A stretch of DNA of 64,000 nt, from assembly GCF_964194155.1 (NCBI RefSeq), contig NC_135903.1, positions 31,868,001-31,932,000 of the forward strand. The letters run 5' to 3'. Origin of the DNA: Cetorhinus maximus (lineage: Eukaryota). Below are positions 21,901-35,977 of this stretch, one piece after another. The number at the start of each line of letters is the position of its first letter. The first letter of the stretch is position 1. Below the pieces are notes generated by a model. That model ran no database searches. It was given only the letters and a program-made list of their open reading frames with translations, and had not been told where the DNA came from. A program made the translations under genes and the position numbers.

Positions 21901-24881
21901 GTTGTAATCCCACGTTGCCCCTCCATAAACTTAAGGTCATTCAAAACTCTCCTGCCCGTATCCTTATTTGCACCAAATCTTGTTCACCTGTCACCCCTGA
22001 ACTTGCTAGGGTTGCACTGGCTCCCTATCAAGTGACGCCTAGAATTAAAAATTCTCATCCTTGTTTTCAAAACCCTCCATAAATTCACCCCTCTCTCATT
22101 GTAATCTCCTCCAGCCCCACAATCCATTGAGATATCTGTGCTCATCTAATTTTAGCTTCTTGTGCACCCCTGACTTTAATCGCTCCACCAGTGGTGTTGG
22201 CCTTGCCTTCAGCTGCCTAGGTTTTAAACTCTGAAATTCCCTCCCTAAACCTCTTTGCTTCTCTCCCTCCATTTCTTCATTTAACACCCTCCTTAAAATC
22301 TACCTCCTTGACCAAGCTTTTAGTCATCTGCCCTTATATTGCCCTATGTGGCTCAAATTTTGCTTAATAATGCTCCTGTGAAGCGCCTTGGGAGTTTTTA
22401 ATCATGTTAAAGGTGCTATATAAATACAAGTTGTTGTAAAAGGTAAAGGCAAAAGGAACATATCCTGGAATTGCACCTTTTTTGAATTAAACAAAAGCAC
22501 AGGGGGCAATTATTTCCTGGTGCATTCTCCATGGCAACAGTGTGACCAGAGTCAACTTGCCAAAGCCCTTATTTCTCATTCAGTATATATTGTTGCTCCC
22601 TTTGAAATTTGACAACCTTGCTTCTGTCCTGATGAGTGTAAGATGTAAAGTTTGGACAGGATGCCTCTTTTCTCCACAATTTTACTTTAGTTGCTAATAT
22701 TGATATATGATCTTTGATTTACTTCCATTGCAGAATGCAATGTGATATTGGAGAAGGAAATTCGACAGCGAAAAGACGTCAAAAATAAAAATGATCAAGA
22801 TTTAAAACGGCAACGTTTGTTGTTGTCTCTTTAATGCAATGAATTGCTAATACCTGGTCCTGTTTCACAAGTGATGGGAAACTGCTGCACCAAGGGAAGA
22901 GAGGAATTAGCATAAAACTGAGTCTCATGGACCCACCAGTAAGGTCTCTGCCCAAATAAGAACCTGTAAAAAAAAAGGGAGATTGATTAATATGTGTCCA
23001 ATATCCATTATGTGATTTTCTTACGTGTCCTCATTCTTTGCCAATTGTATTTAACTCTTCTAATAGGAAACTTCACCTACTGATACATGCAGGAAATGTG
23101 AACCATTGACTTATGATGAGTTAAAGGGGTCGGGTGCAGGGTGGCCAAGAAGCTCTGGAAGGCAGGACATTGGAATCAAATTCAGCAGATGTAAGTTGGA
23201 ACTGAGCCACAAACTGGAACGCCCAGTTGAGATTTCCTAGCTCTTGCCAAAAGTTCAGTTAAAGTACGATGCCATATTTCATAAGGAAACAGGGAAGGAA
23301 AGAGTTTCCAGAACTATTACATTGATCTCAACCAGGGGTAAAATCTGATTAGAACCCTTCCAAGTTTGTTTCTTCTGGCTGCTGGGTTAACCTCTGTTTA
23401 AACACCTTCAAATGTGAACTAATACTTAAACATTCAAAGTTGTGCTAAAATAATAATTCACCTAAAAAAAAAATCCAAATTAAAAAAAAAACAGTAAGAC
23501 ATAAATATTAAACTTAAAAAATATTCATTAGCCTGAGCTAAGCCCAAGAAAAACATCCAGCAAAGGGGTTAAAGGAGGATTTATTATTTTAATATTATCC
23601 ATAATTTATCTTGAAATATTCATAATTTTAAAATGGAAGAATATTTAATACAATTTGTATAAGAATAAATAATTCCCAGATAGTGCAGAGTGAGGCAGCT
23701 CCAATATGCTTTCCTGCAGCTTCAAATTTTCATAAAGTATGTCCTGAATCTCATGTCAACGTTGGAAGATGCAGAGGTCAGAAGGGCCATGCACTTCCTG
23801 CAAAAAAAGTCAGTGGTTGCTCTATATTATCATTCCCACCACAAGATCCCCCCTGGCAGTTGGCCGGAGGTCAGTTGTCTGCCCACCACTTAGCTCAAAA
23901 GAAACTGGGCTGTAGGCAGGTGAAGGTACAAGAAGTTCAAGAAATAAACGCCTCAAAAATATTTTAAGTACAAACCTTGATCATTCTTTAAAAATTGAGG
24001 TTGAAATAAAAAGATTTACTTGTCCTCAAGTCACGAGTGCCCAAGTCTCAGAACTTAAACAAGCAACTTGAGGTTACTTATAATAAGAAAGAAATAAAGA
24101 ACACTTACATAGTGCTTTTCATGAGCAATGAATGTTACAAAGTGCATTCAAATCAACTTTTCAAGTGTAGTCACTGTTGTAATGCAGGAAATGTGATGGC
24201 CAATTTGTGCTCAGAAATCTCCCACAAACAGCAATGTGGTAATGACCATATAATCTAATTTTTGTGATATTGATTGAGGAATAAACATTGGCCAGGACAC
24301 TGGGGATAACTCCCCTGCTGTTCCTCAAAATAGTACAATGGAACATTTTACACACACTTGAGCAAGCTGATGGGGTATCGGTTTAACATCTCATCCGTAA
24401 GGCAGCATGTCTAATAGTTCAGTAGTCTCTCAGTATTGCACTGGACTGTCAGCCTGGGCTTTTGCACCCAAACCCTGGAGTAGGAATTGAGTCCAGAATC
24501 TTGTGACTTAACCTTGTGAGGCAACAACGCTACCAACTGAGCCACAGCTAAATAGTCTCAGTCTGCTACTTGTCATGTATTATGGTCAGTTCCATTGCTC
24601 TAATGAGAGACCTTTAACAAAACTCCAGGGAGCTTTTCTGAACATACTTACCATTTAAAGATGAGGTTGAGCCAGTCTCCAATGACCGCCACCCAGATGA
24701 GTTTGATGCCCACTGCTTCACACAGGTGGAACCAGATGGGAAAGAAAACAAAGAAAGTGTTTCTCAGGTCGGCAGCAAAAGAGATAAAAGTGAACCAGCT
24801 CTGGGAATCCTTGTAATTCAACTGTAGATACTGCACCAGTTCTACCCCTGAGCTGTGGAGCAGGTCCATTCCAGCGTCCAT
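18946..24881 (-). CDS. g6pc1: Glucose-6-phosphatase catalytic subunit 1-like, tandem copy 2
   Basis: Exons 24881-24652, 22963-22854, 21293-21188, 20355-20240, 19457-18946, GT-AG. Protein appears identical to copy 1. Confidence 0.95.
19899..20053 (-). mobile_element. tRNA-derived SINE head present only in copy 2 intron 4, flanked by 12-bp direct repeats
   Basis: CCTTATTGGAAA at 19887-19898 and 20042-20053. Minus strand reads GCTGTGGCTCAGT...GGTTCATGTCCC (A/B boxes). Copies 1 and 3 have a single CCTTATTGGAAA. Confidence 0.75.
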
Positions 24882-26182
24882 TCTCTGCACTTTCAGAAGT
24901 TGCTGCAGGTTTTCTTGGCTTGCGGTTTGGTTTCTGGTTTTGCTTGTGGGGATTCAGGGTTTATATAGGAGATGAGAATGTTTTGCCATTTTGTTATCAA
25001 TTTCATTAACAGCCAATAATCACAAAACTTTGAGCAAACCTAGGCAAACAATGTCAATGGCCTTTTTGGCAACAACACCTGCGTCAATGGTCTGACTCGA
25101 GTGAAAATCCTAACGCAGGCAGGGATTCACAAGGCCAACCCTTGTGACAATATTGGAGCTCGACAAACCTCTAAAATTCATCATGAAAATGCGACAATCT
25201 CCGCTGCTTACATCATTTCTAAACTAAATAGAAGGGGCTGCATGTAGCAATAGGAAATTTGCTGACAATACTAAGTTATGCAGCCAGATGACTAGCGTAA
25301 GAGAGATTTGTATCATGCAAAAGGTTCTGCAGAAATTAAATGCACAAGATACACAATGACCAAGGGATTCTGATGTGAATAATGCTTATTAAAATAGAAA
25401 ATATGAATTATTGGAAATGGGTAACAGGTTTTGGTATTAGAAGTAACTAATCAGTGTTGAATAATGGAGATTGTAAGACTGACTGAAATGTTGTTTGGTT
25501 GCCTTCAGTCAATAGAAATTTTTCAAAGTCTTGTCTTCTTGATATCTTACCTGTGCTTCATTACTTCCATGAGGAGTTTCAATGTAATTCACATTAGTTT
25601 CTTGCTTAATGGGCAAAATGGCCTGTCCTTATGCAATGGTTTCTTATGAAGACACAAAGACTCGTGGCCACGACTGAAGAATGAGAAACCAACTTTCTCC
25701 TCCCCTAGAGTGTCTATTTAAAATAATATTGGCACACCTGAATATTGGATATTTGCTCTACCACAAACCAAATTGGCTGGGAGTGGTGACCTGTTTTCTA
25801 TACCCAACTTCCAAGCTCTTTTCTCAGCATAGTATCTTTCAAAATAATCAAAGTTTGAGGTTTCATTGCATGTTTTCTGATGTTTCTCTGAAATAAGCAT
25901 TTTTGTCAGACATCTCAGGAGCAAATTCAGAGAATGTTCTCCAAGACCTGTGTGAAAACTAAAGCAATAAGCAGTTTCAAAATGCTTTCTATTACACTGT
26001 TGATAGTTAAGTCACATATAGTTGACTTTTTTTTCTCTAATCCGGCAATAGTAGAGCAATAGTATAATAATCACCACCAAAAGTGACTTAGAGGTCACCA
26101 ATCTGAACAGTGACAATTGAAGGGACATAGACATAAGGTAAACCTACTCAACTCTTGTTTCCAAAGGCTTCTCAAAGGCTTC

Positions 26183-27085
26183 TCTAAATAGAGCATCTGT
26201 AACCTGCTTGACACAAGTGCATACAGCTGATTGGGAGACACCGCAAAGATCACCCACCGAGCCCTGGAAGGAGCCAGAGGCATAGAAGTTGAGGGCACCT
26301 GTGGCCTTCAAAGCCACTGGCATGTGATGTCCACCCAAACAGTTAGGGGAGATCTCAGGGCCAATCATCTGACAGATATAGTTGACTTGATAGTAGGAGC
26401 CTCCTTCAGCACTGCACCTTAGTCATATTAAGGTAACTGTATACTCTGGCAACAGGATAGTGGCATCTTCTGCGGCCCCTTCCACCTTGAACTACCTTTT
26501 GGCCCTGCACCCCTTGTGCCTGCGCCTGTCCTCCCAAAGGTGGCTCCCCTGGAGGCTGAATGTGCACTCCTGGCTCCTCCTTCCAGCTCTCCCTTCCTCC
26601 TTCGAGGAGCTGCCTCCAGTGGACAGATCAGATCCCATACCCAGGCTGAGGGAAGGCTTCCTGAAAGCTACAGTCCTGCAAAAGATTCCTCACTGCAGAG
26701 TGCTGACCAGAAAAGGCTGCTGGGGTGCGTTCTGAAGTACTGCAGATCACACAGGCAAGTTTAAAACATTTTCCCCAATAAATACTTCACAAAGCAGATT
26801 CACGACCCCACTGAGCCCTCTCATCCCGCCCATGGATGAGGTTAATAGAAAAGCCTCGGGCCGGCCTGCCTGTTGCACCCATGCGCCGACCGGAAGATCG
26901 GATGAGCGCCGAAAAATCGTTGTCGATTGAAGACTAGAGGGCCTTAACTGGCCCGGTAATTAATGGAGAACAGGCGTCAGACTTCATTGCGCACCAGCCC
27001 AGCGAAATATCGCGATGGCACGCGGTGACATCGGTACACTCGCCCAATGTCACTGCACGTCATTTTATGTGCGGACATGTGGGGC
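26183..27085 (-). mobile_element. Truncated Harbinger fragment (subterminal region plus 5' part of transposase)
   Basis: Same as 15138-16040. Confidence 0.88.
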
Positions 27086-27104
27086 CTTCTGCCCCCACAT
27101 CTAC

Positions 27105-27742
27105 TCCCTCCCGCCCCTCCCCCCCCTCCCCCGGCTCCCCCCCTCCCTCCCCCCCTCCCCCCTCCCTCCCCCCCTCCCCCCCTCCCCCCCTCCCCCCCTC
27201 CCTCCCCCTCCCTCCCCCCTCCCTCCCCCTCCCTGCCCCCTCCCTCCCCCACTCCCTCCCCCCTCCCTCCCCCACTCCCTCCCCCCTCCCTCCCCCACTC
27301 CCTCCCCCCTCCCTCCCCCACTCCCTCCCCCCTCCCTCCCCCACTCCCTCCCCCCTCCCCCTCTCCCTCCCCCCCTCCCTACCCCTCCTCCCCCCTGCCC
27401 CCCTCCGTCCCCTCCTCCTCCCTCCCCCCTTCACTCCCCCTCCCTCCCCCGCTCCTCACCCTCCTCCCCTCCCCCCCCACACCCCTCACACCCTCCCCCC
27501 CTCCACCCCTCCCCCCCTCCACCCCACCCCCTTCCCCCCCTCCACCCCACCCCCCTCCCCCCGCCCCCTGAACCCCCCACCCCCTTCCCCCTCCACCCGC
27601 CCACCCCCCTCTCCATCCCCCCACCCGCCTCCCTCCCCACCCCCCCACCCCCTCCACTCCCCCACACCCCCATCCCCACCCACACCCCCCTCCCCCTCCA
27701 CCCCCTCCCCCTCCACCCTCCCACAACCTCCCTCCCCCTCTC
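27105..27742. repeat. C-rich low-complexity tract, unit 3
   Basis: Same position, ~0.64 kb. Confidence 0.95.
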
Positions 27743-30207
27743 CTTACACAATGCAGGAAAATTACCAATTAGATAAATAAGCGGTTTATATATATTTTTT
27801 CAATCTAGGGTTTTGAGATACAATATTGAGTATAATGAGACTGCCACCACCTTCCTTCAAGTGAAGCTTTTAAAAAAGTGCTTCAGTCTATATTAATAGT
27901 TCAACATCTGCATTTGAAAGCAGTTCTCCAAAAGTGAAAGGCAACTTTAGATTGTTGGTCTAGATTCAATGTGATGCAAAGTACACTCGGTACCTCAATA
28001 AAATATTTGTTTGCCAATTCAGGTTATGCTTGGATCAGGGTTAATAGTGGATTTTGATTTATTAGTGGCATTATATAGCCTCTTATTTTCATAATGTATT
28101 CCGATCAGAGGGTTATTTATAACATTGTTGGCAGGCTTCCAAGAAATTACAGGTGAGTTTTTTCCACTCCTTGCCCCCACAACTGGCCAACATTCTATGG
28201 GCTTTATATTTCATGTAATGAACTAAGATATTGGTATAGATCCTAGAGGTCATCTTACCTAAGACCAATCTATGGTTTGATGCCATATCCTAATTTAATA
28301 ATGATTTCACCAACTTAACTGAGCTGTTACTAAGCAACCGCGAGTTGCCAACTTTGACATTTCCTGTTATACCTGAAGTTCCTGAAAGGAATTTAACATT
28401 CAGATTGTGCTAGAAGTATAGAACATACAAAAATTAATTTGATGTTACCTCCACCTATAAAGTAGGACCAATTATGCAATACATTTTTGCTGTTTTGAAT
28501 TTTTGGAAAAAGGAGAACTGATACAATTAAAGAGTAGTTGTGGGGGGTTTGAAGGTTTTAATGCATTTGTTTTCTACTTTCTACTGTTATGTGGTGGACA
28601 CACTAGAGGTAATGCGTGTGACAGAGTAGCTGACTTCAGGTCTGAATGCAAATAATATGTCACTTTATTAGAATTAAATGAATGTACACAACATTTGAAA
28701 TTACTATTACAACTAAACAGTTTAAAGTGCTTTGAGGACTTCATATTATACAAAAAGAAGAAAGGTAAGATTTGATTTTGAGTCCCAGATGTTGCTTGAT
28801 TTTCTTGGATGCAGTGCTGGCTGGATTGCGTAATGGAACATTGTGTGATGGATTATAGCACCGATCAATATCATCATTCCCGGTGGAACAGCATTCAGAC
28901 ATCCAATTATGAAATGGCATTGAAGCAGCTACAATGAAGTTTGCAGCCTTACAAAGCCATTCTTGCCCAGGCACGGAGGCCAGGCAATGGACGACAGCAG
29001 TCAGAGTGAAATTGCAGTTGAATATCAGGAGATATAAAGGACAAAGCAGTCCTCTTTATTGGGACCCTATCCACCACCTTAAACATTCATTCCCTTCACC
29101 ATTGATGCACAATAGCAGCAGTGTGTACTATCTACAAGATGCACTGCAGCAACTCGTCAAGCCTCCTTTGACAACACCTTCCAAATCCATGACCTCTAAC
29201 ACCTAGAAGGACAAGAGTAGCAGAGGCATGGGAACATCACCACCTACAAGCTCCGCTCCAAGCAACGCACCATCCTGACTTGGAAATATATCACTATTCC
29301 TTCATTGCTGCTAGGTCAAAATCCTGGAGCTCCCTTCCAAACAGCTTTGTGGGTGTCTCCATATTACATGGACTGCAGCGGTTCAATTGTATCCAAAGGA
29401 TTAGAGTATTCTGTTTTTAATTTGATTCCCCATTTACTATTCTTTACTCTCTTGGTCAACTCCAGATTGCTCTTCCTATGCTAAATGAGACCAAGCTGAG
29501 TGAGCAACAGACTCTCACGCCTTTCTTTGCTGCTGTGTGTGTGCCAGTCACTGGTGCCAGCTTTCTCCACTGATCACACTCAGCTGCATGAAGTGTGCAC
29601 CTGGGTCACTATATTATTGCTAAAAGCACATTACTTAACCCTATGCCCTCACCTTTTCAAGTTGCTGCTTTAAGAGCATAGCTAGCTCATACTGGGACTC
29701 AGCAGCCAAGTCTGTCTATTGTTCTAAAATAGGCCCACAGTTTGTTCCGCCACATTAAGGAACAAGGTAACTAACTAGACAGTTACTCGTTAAGAAATAC
29801 ATAATTTCTCTGCATATTTTTACATCTTTTTGCACACTAAAATGTTGAAACTCAATTGAAAATAATATCTAGAAACTAATAAAAAAAAATACAAATGTCC
29901 CAAAAATCTGAAATAAAAAACAGAGACAACACAGAAAAATAAGCAGGAAAACCAGACAGTTCATCAGCATCAGAAAAGAGAATTGCGTTTAACATTTCGT
30001 TGAACTGAATCTCTGTCTGTCTGCTTCTCTCTGGGTTTTCACTCTGTCTGTCTCACACATCTCTTCCTGTTACTCTCTCTCTCTTCTCTTTTCAGATGTT
30101 GAAAGAGCTGCTGTTCAGTTCCAGTATTTCCTGTGTTTTCTTTTTTAAACACTCAACAGTGCTGGGAAGTTCATAAAGATATTTCCAAGTTTTGTAACTT
30201 CCGAGAT

Positions 30208-33200
30208 CTATAGGAGCTTCTTTCCCTCGCGGTTTACAATTTGAGAGACACAGTACGGGACAAATGCCACGGCCGCCAGAGGCACTGCAGCACTTTTACA
30301 GAAAGACAGTAAGTAAAAGAGGAATTCTCTCTGTGTCGGGGGCTTCATGGAGTCAAACAGGTGCAGGATGATCAAGGACGTCACCATGCAACTTAGTCTG
30401 AAGTTGAACTGCTGGCTTCTCTTTCCTTTGCAGCTTTCTGCATACATGGGGGAGTTGAGAGCTAATCCCAATCCAAACAGGGCTCCCATGTTCCTGACCA
30501 GACCAGCGAAGGGAGTGCTGTCAATGTGGACCCATTCTGCTCGGGCGCACCATCTCTGGGCTTTCTCCACGGACCACAGCAGATCCACTCCCACCAATTT
30601 CAACAGCAGGTAAAAGCCCAGAGCGAAGGAAAACAGGGAGAGGGTGATCTTCAGATACTGCTTGAAGGTTACATTGTAGATTGCATTAATCCGATCAAAC
30701 ACTTCGGCCACAGCCAATCCTATGTATGAAAATTTACAATTAATATTTCAGATATTTATATCATTGGTAGAGAGATAGCATATATGTATGTACAATATAA
30801 ATGTGGGCCAATAGCAGAGTCACTTTATGAGGATCTATTGTAGTGTATTTGAAATATAAATCATCATTATTTTAATACAATTTTCCATCTCACCGTGACC
30901 TTCTCAAGGGGAATTAGGGATGGGCAATGAATGATGGCCTAGCCAACGAAGCCCACATCCCGTGAACAAAAACAAACAGCTTCAATGCTGTGTTTTTGTT
31001 TTCAATGCAGAAGAGCTTTCAATGATTTAGAGGACCTGGAGGTAGAAATTCATCTGGAGTGGTGGCGTAAAATGGGCAATTTCAGATTAGTCCCCCGATA
31101 TACACAGCACCTGCTATTCATTTCCATTGAGTCCAGAGTCACTAAAGTTATCCTTATTGGAAAGTGTCAGTTTTAGACACTGTAACCAAATAGTTATTGA
31201 ATCAATTATGCTTTAATTCCTTGAGAATTGAGTTATGTAGACTATCGCCAATGGGAACAGAAGTTCAAATTAATGCAAGTGAAATCAATGCACAATTAAG
31301 AGTTTTTATTGTTATATTTTCAATTGAAAGAAGGAATCCTGACCTGAAATAACCCCCAAGATGACCTGATGTGGGAAGTGAGCAGCCAGAAACACTCTGG
31401 ATGCACAGACACAGACTTGAATCAGCCAGAACACTGTCCAAAGCAGTACATGGAGACACCTGGAAAATGAGAAGGTAATTATTGTACAGTTAATCAAAGA
31501 ATGAGTCCATTACAATGAAAAGTCATGAGGGATTATGGCACCATTCATCCTTCATCCAACGAGCTAATATCCATCCATATGCATTTTTATCTATCTGTAC
31601 TATAGATTAAACTATGTAGACGCTATTGGAAAAACTGTAGTTTAAGATCTTAACACCCAAGTACCTGCACCTACACTATCTTTATTTGAATCAACTTTAT
31701 TACTGCTGTGGGGCAGTTCCTCAGTAAAAGAGATTCATCATTGAAATGAAAAGATAAGAATTAGCAAGGTAACTTCTTAGTATCAATCTTTTTTTTAAGT
31801 TTAATGCAGTTATTTATTGCAGTAAAGTTACACTAATATAAAGTTATATCAAAATGTATTGGGTTTTGTAACTTCCTGAGAATCAGCTCTCCCCCCAAAA
31901 CTGGGGAGGTCAGAATGGACATAAATGTACACATGGTACAAGATCCCTAATCATAAATAGCATTTATGGGAATTCAAGTCAATCCACAGAACATTGTACT
32001 GAAACTACTTGCACATAAACATTTCTAAAACATTTATCAAGATCAGACACAACTTGATAAATGTGAGAGGATCTTGATAAATGTGAGAGTGTTGAGTTTA
32101 AATATAATTAACCTTTATGCATACACACCTACAGCACTGACATACAGAATTGCATACATGTTGAATTGCGTCCACACCTGACATAAAGAACTGCATTTTA
32201 TGTGCACAAACCATATCAATCCAAACAAGCCTAATGTATTGAAGCAGTACTGTAGAAGCCTTGTATGTGCATATAATATTTTGAAATCTTACCATTTTTG
32301 GAAGCAGGGCTTCTTTTTTTGGAATCCAATTGTCAGGAATGCTGTGACCATCACATACCAGACACCAGATGAACCCATTGCATGGCCAGATGGACTTCCT
32401 GTCAAACACATCATATAAAGGCTCAATTATAAAATGGTGTTTTCTATTGCTAATCATTTAAATAATACTTTGTAATGCTTTTTAACACGTCCTTTCCTAC
32501 TCCTGCACTATTACATCCGGTGTCCCCCAAGGATCTATTCTTGGTCCCTTCCTATCTGTCCCTTCATGACGAAAGCACAGTGTTGGTTTACACATCTACA
32601 CTGACAACACCCAGCTCTACCTCCGCCTCCCCCCAACACCTCCATTGTCCCCAAATTGTCAGACTCCTCATCCAACATCCAGTACTGGATGAACAGTAAC
32701 TTCCTCCAATTAAATATTGGGAAGACTGAAGCCGTTGTCTTTGCTCCCTGCTTCAAACTCCATTCCCTAGTTCCTAACATCACCTTTTTCCATGCAGATG
32801 CCTGAGACTAAACCAGACTGCTTGCAACTCTGGTGTCATATTTGACCCCAAGATGATTTTCCGGCCTCAAATCTGTACTGTGACTAAGACTGCCTATTTC
32901 CACCATCGTAACATCAGTGACTTCACGCTGCCTCAGCTTATCTGCTTCTGAAACCCTCAGTCATTTCCTTGCTACCTCCAGACTTGACCTATTCCAGCAC
33001 ACTAAGTTGTAATCCCACGTTGAGCCTCCATAAACTTAAGGTCATTCAAAACTCTCCTGCCCATATCCTTATTTGCACCAAATCTTGTTCACCTGTCACC
33101 CCTGAACTTGCTAGGGTTGCACTGGCTACCTATCAAGTGACGCCTAGAATTAAAAATTCTCATCCTTGTTTTCAAAACCCTCCATAACTTCACCCTTCTA

Positions 33201-35977
33201 TCATTGTAATCTCCTCCAGCCCCACAATCCATTGAGATATCTGTGCTCATCTAATTTTAGCTTCTTGTGCACCCCTGACTTTAATCACTCCACCATTGGT
33301 GTTGGCCTTGCCTTCAGCTGCCTAGGTCTTAAACTGTGGAATTCCCTCCCTAAACCTCTTCGCTTCTCTCCCTCCATTTCTTCATTTAAGACCCTCCAAA
33401 ATCTACCTCCTTGACCAAGCTTTTAGTCATCTGCCCTTATATTGCCCTATGTGGCTCAAATTTTGCTTAATAATGCTCCTGTGAAGCGCCTTGGGAGTTT
33501 TTAATCATGTTAAAGGTGCTATATAAATACAAGTTGTTGTAAAAGGTAAAGGCAAAAGGAACATATCCTGGAATTGCACCTTTTTTGAATTAAACAAAAG
33601 CACAGGGGGCAATTATTTCCTGGTGCATTCTCCATGGCAACAGTGTGACCAGAGTCAACTTGCCAAAGCCCTTATTTCTCATTCAGTATATATTGTTGCT
33701 CCCTTTGAAATTTGACAACCTTGCTTCTGTCCTGATGAGTGTAAGATGTAAAGTTTGGACAGGATGCCTCTTTTCTCCACAATTTTACTTTAGTTGCTAA
33801 TATTGATATATGATCTTTGATTTACTTCCATTGCAGAATGCAATGTGATATTGGAGAAGGAAATTCGACAGCGAAAAGACGTCAAAAATAAAAATGATCA
33901 AGATTTAAAACGGCAACGTTTGTTGTTGTCTCTTTAATGCAATGAATTGCTAATACCTGGTCCTGTTTCACAAGTGATGGGAAACTGCTGCACCAAGGGA
34001 AGAGAGGAATTAGCATAAAACTGAGTCTCATGGACCCACCAGTAAGGTCTCTGCCCAAATAAGAACCTGGAAAAAAAAAAGGGAGATTGATTAATATGTG
34101 TCCAATATCCATTATGTGATTTTCTTACGTGTCCTCATTCTTTGCCAATTGTATTTAACTCTTCTAATAGGAAACTTCACCTACTGATACATGCAGGAAA
34201 TGTGAACCATTGACTTATGATGAGTTAAAGGGGTCGGGTGCAGGGTGGCCAAGAAGCTCTGGAAGGCAGGACATTGGAATCAAATTCAGCAGATGTAAGT
34301 TGGAACTGAGCCACAAACTGGAACGCCCAGTTGAGATTTCCTAGCTCTTGCCAAGAGTTCAGTTAAAGTATGATGCCATACTTCATAAGGAAACAGGGAA
34401 GGAAAGAGTTTCCAAAACTATTACATTGATCTCAACCAGAGGTAAAATCTGATTAGAACCCTTCCAAGTTTGTTTCTTCTGGCTGCTGGGTTGACCTCTG
34501 TCTAAACACCTTGAAATGTGAACTAATACTTAAACATTCAAAGTTATGCTGAAATAATGATTCACCTAAAAAAAAATCCAAATTTTAAAAAATACCAGTA
34601 AGACATAAATATTAAACTTAAAAAATATTCATTAGCCTGAGCTAAGCCCAAGAAAAACATCCAGCAAAGGGGTTAAAGGAGGATTTATTATTTTAATATT
34701 ATCTATAATTTATCTTGAAATATTCATAATTTTAAAATGGAAGAATATTTAATACAATTTGTATAAGAATAAATAATTCCCAGATAGTGCAGAGTGAGGC
34801 AGCTCCAATATGCTTTGCTGCAGCTTCAAATTTTGATAAAGTATGTCCTGAATCTCATGTCAACATTGGAAGATGCAGTGGTCAGAAGGGCCATGCACTT
34901 CCTGCAAAAAAAGTCAGTGGTTGCTCTATATTATCATTCCCACCACAAGATCCCCCCTGGCAGTTGGCCGGAGGTCAGTTGTCTGCCCACCTCTTTGCTC
35001 AAAAGAAACTGGGCTGTAGGCAGGTGAAGGTACAAGAAACTCAAGAAATAAACGCCTCAAAAATATTTTAAGTACAAACCTTGATCATTCTTTAAAAATT
35101 GAGATTGAAATAAAAAAATTTACTTGTCCTCAAGTCACAAGTCTCAGAACTTAAACAAGCAACTTGAGGTTATTTATAATAAGAAAGAAATAAAGAACAC
35201 TTACATAGTGCTTTTCATGAGCAATGAATGTCACAAAGTGCATTCAAATCAACTTTTCATGTGTAGTCACTGTTGTAATGCAGGAAATGTGATGGCCAAT
35301 TTGTGCTCAGAAATCTCCCACAAACAGCAATGTGGTAATGACCATATAATCTAATTTTTGTGATATTGATTGAGGAATAAACATTGGCCAGGACACTGGG
35401 GATAACTCCCCTGCTGTTCCTCAGAATAGTACCATGGAACATTTTACACACACTTGAGCAAGCTGATGGGGTATCGGTTTAACATCTCATCCATAAGGCA
35501 CCATGTCTAATAGTTCAGTAGTCTCTCAGTACTGCACTGGACTGTCAGCCTGGGCTTTTGCACCCAAACCCTGGAGTAGGAATTGAGTCCAGAATCTTGT
35601 GACTTAACCTTGTGAGGCAACAATGCTACCAACTGAGCCACAGCTAAATAGTCTCAGTCTGCTGCTTGTCATGTATTATGGTCAATTCCATTGCTCTAAT
35701 GATAGACCTTTAATAAAACTCCAGGGAGCTTTTCTGAACATACTTACCATTTAAAGATGAGGTTGAGCCAGTCTCCAATGACTGCCACCCAGATGAGTTT
35801 GATGCCCACTGCTTCACACAGGTGGAACCAGATGGGAAAGAAAACAAAGAAAGTGTTTCTCAGGTCGGCAGCAAAAGAGATAAAAGTGAACCAGCTCTGG
35901 GAGTCCTTGTAATTCAACTGTAGATACTGCACCAGTTCTACCCCTGAGCTGTGGAGCAGGTCCATTCCAGCGTCCAT
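30208..35977 (-). CDS. g6pc1: Glucose-6-phosphatase catalytic subunit 1-like, tandem copy 3
   Basis: Exons 35977-35748, 34066-33957, 32398-32293, 31459-31344, 30719-30208, GT-AG. Protein appears identical to copies 1 and 2. Confidence 0.95.

Larger units (their letters stand above)
15138..26182. repeat. Tandem segmental duplication unit 2 (~11.0 kb)
   Basis: Starts at junction ...aaaggcttctcaaaggcttc|tctaaatagagc (15118-15149). Same order of elements as unit 1. Confidence 0.92.

Noticed and set aside
8074-35977. Assigning the minus-strand copies to G6PC2 or G6PC3
   Set aside because: The 357-aa length, M-x-x-G-M start and clustering with copy 4 fit G6PC1-type genes. Conversion could mask origin, so a tree of exons 2-4 is needed for certainty.
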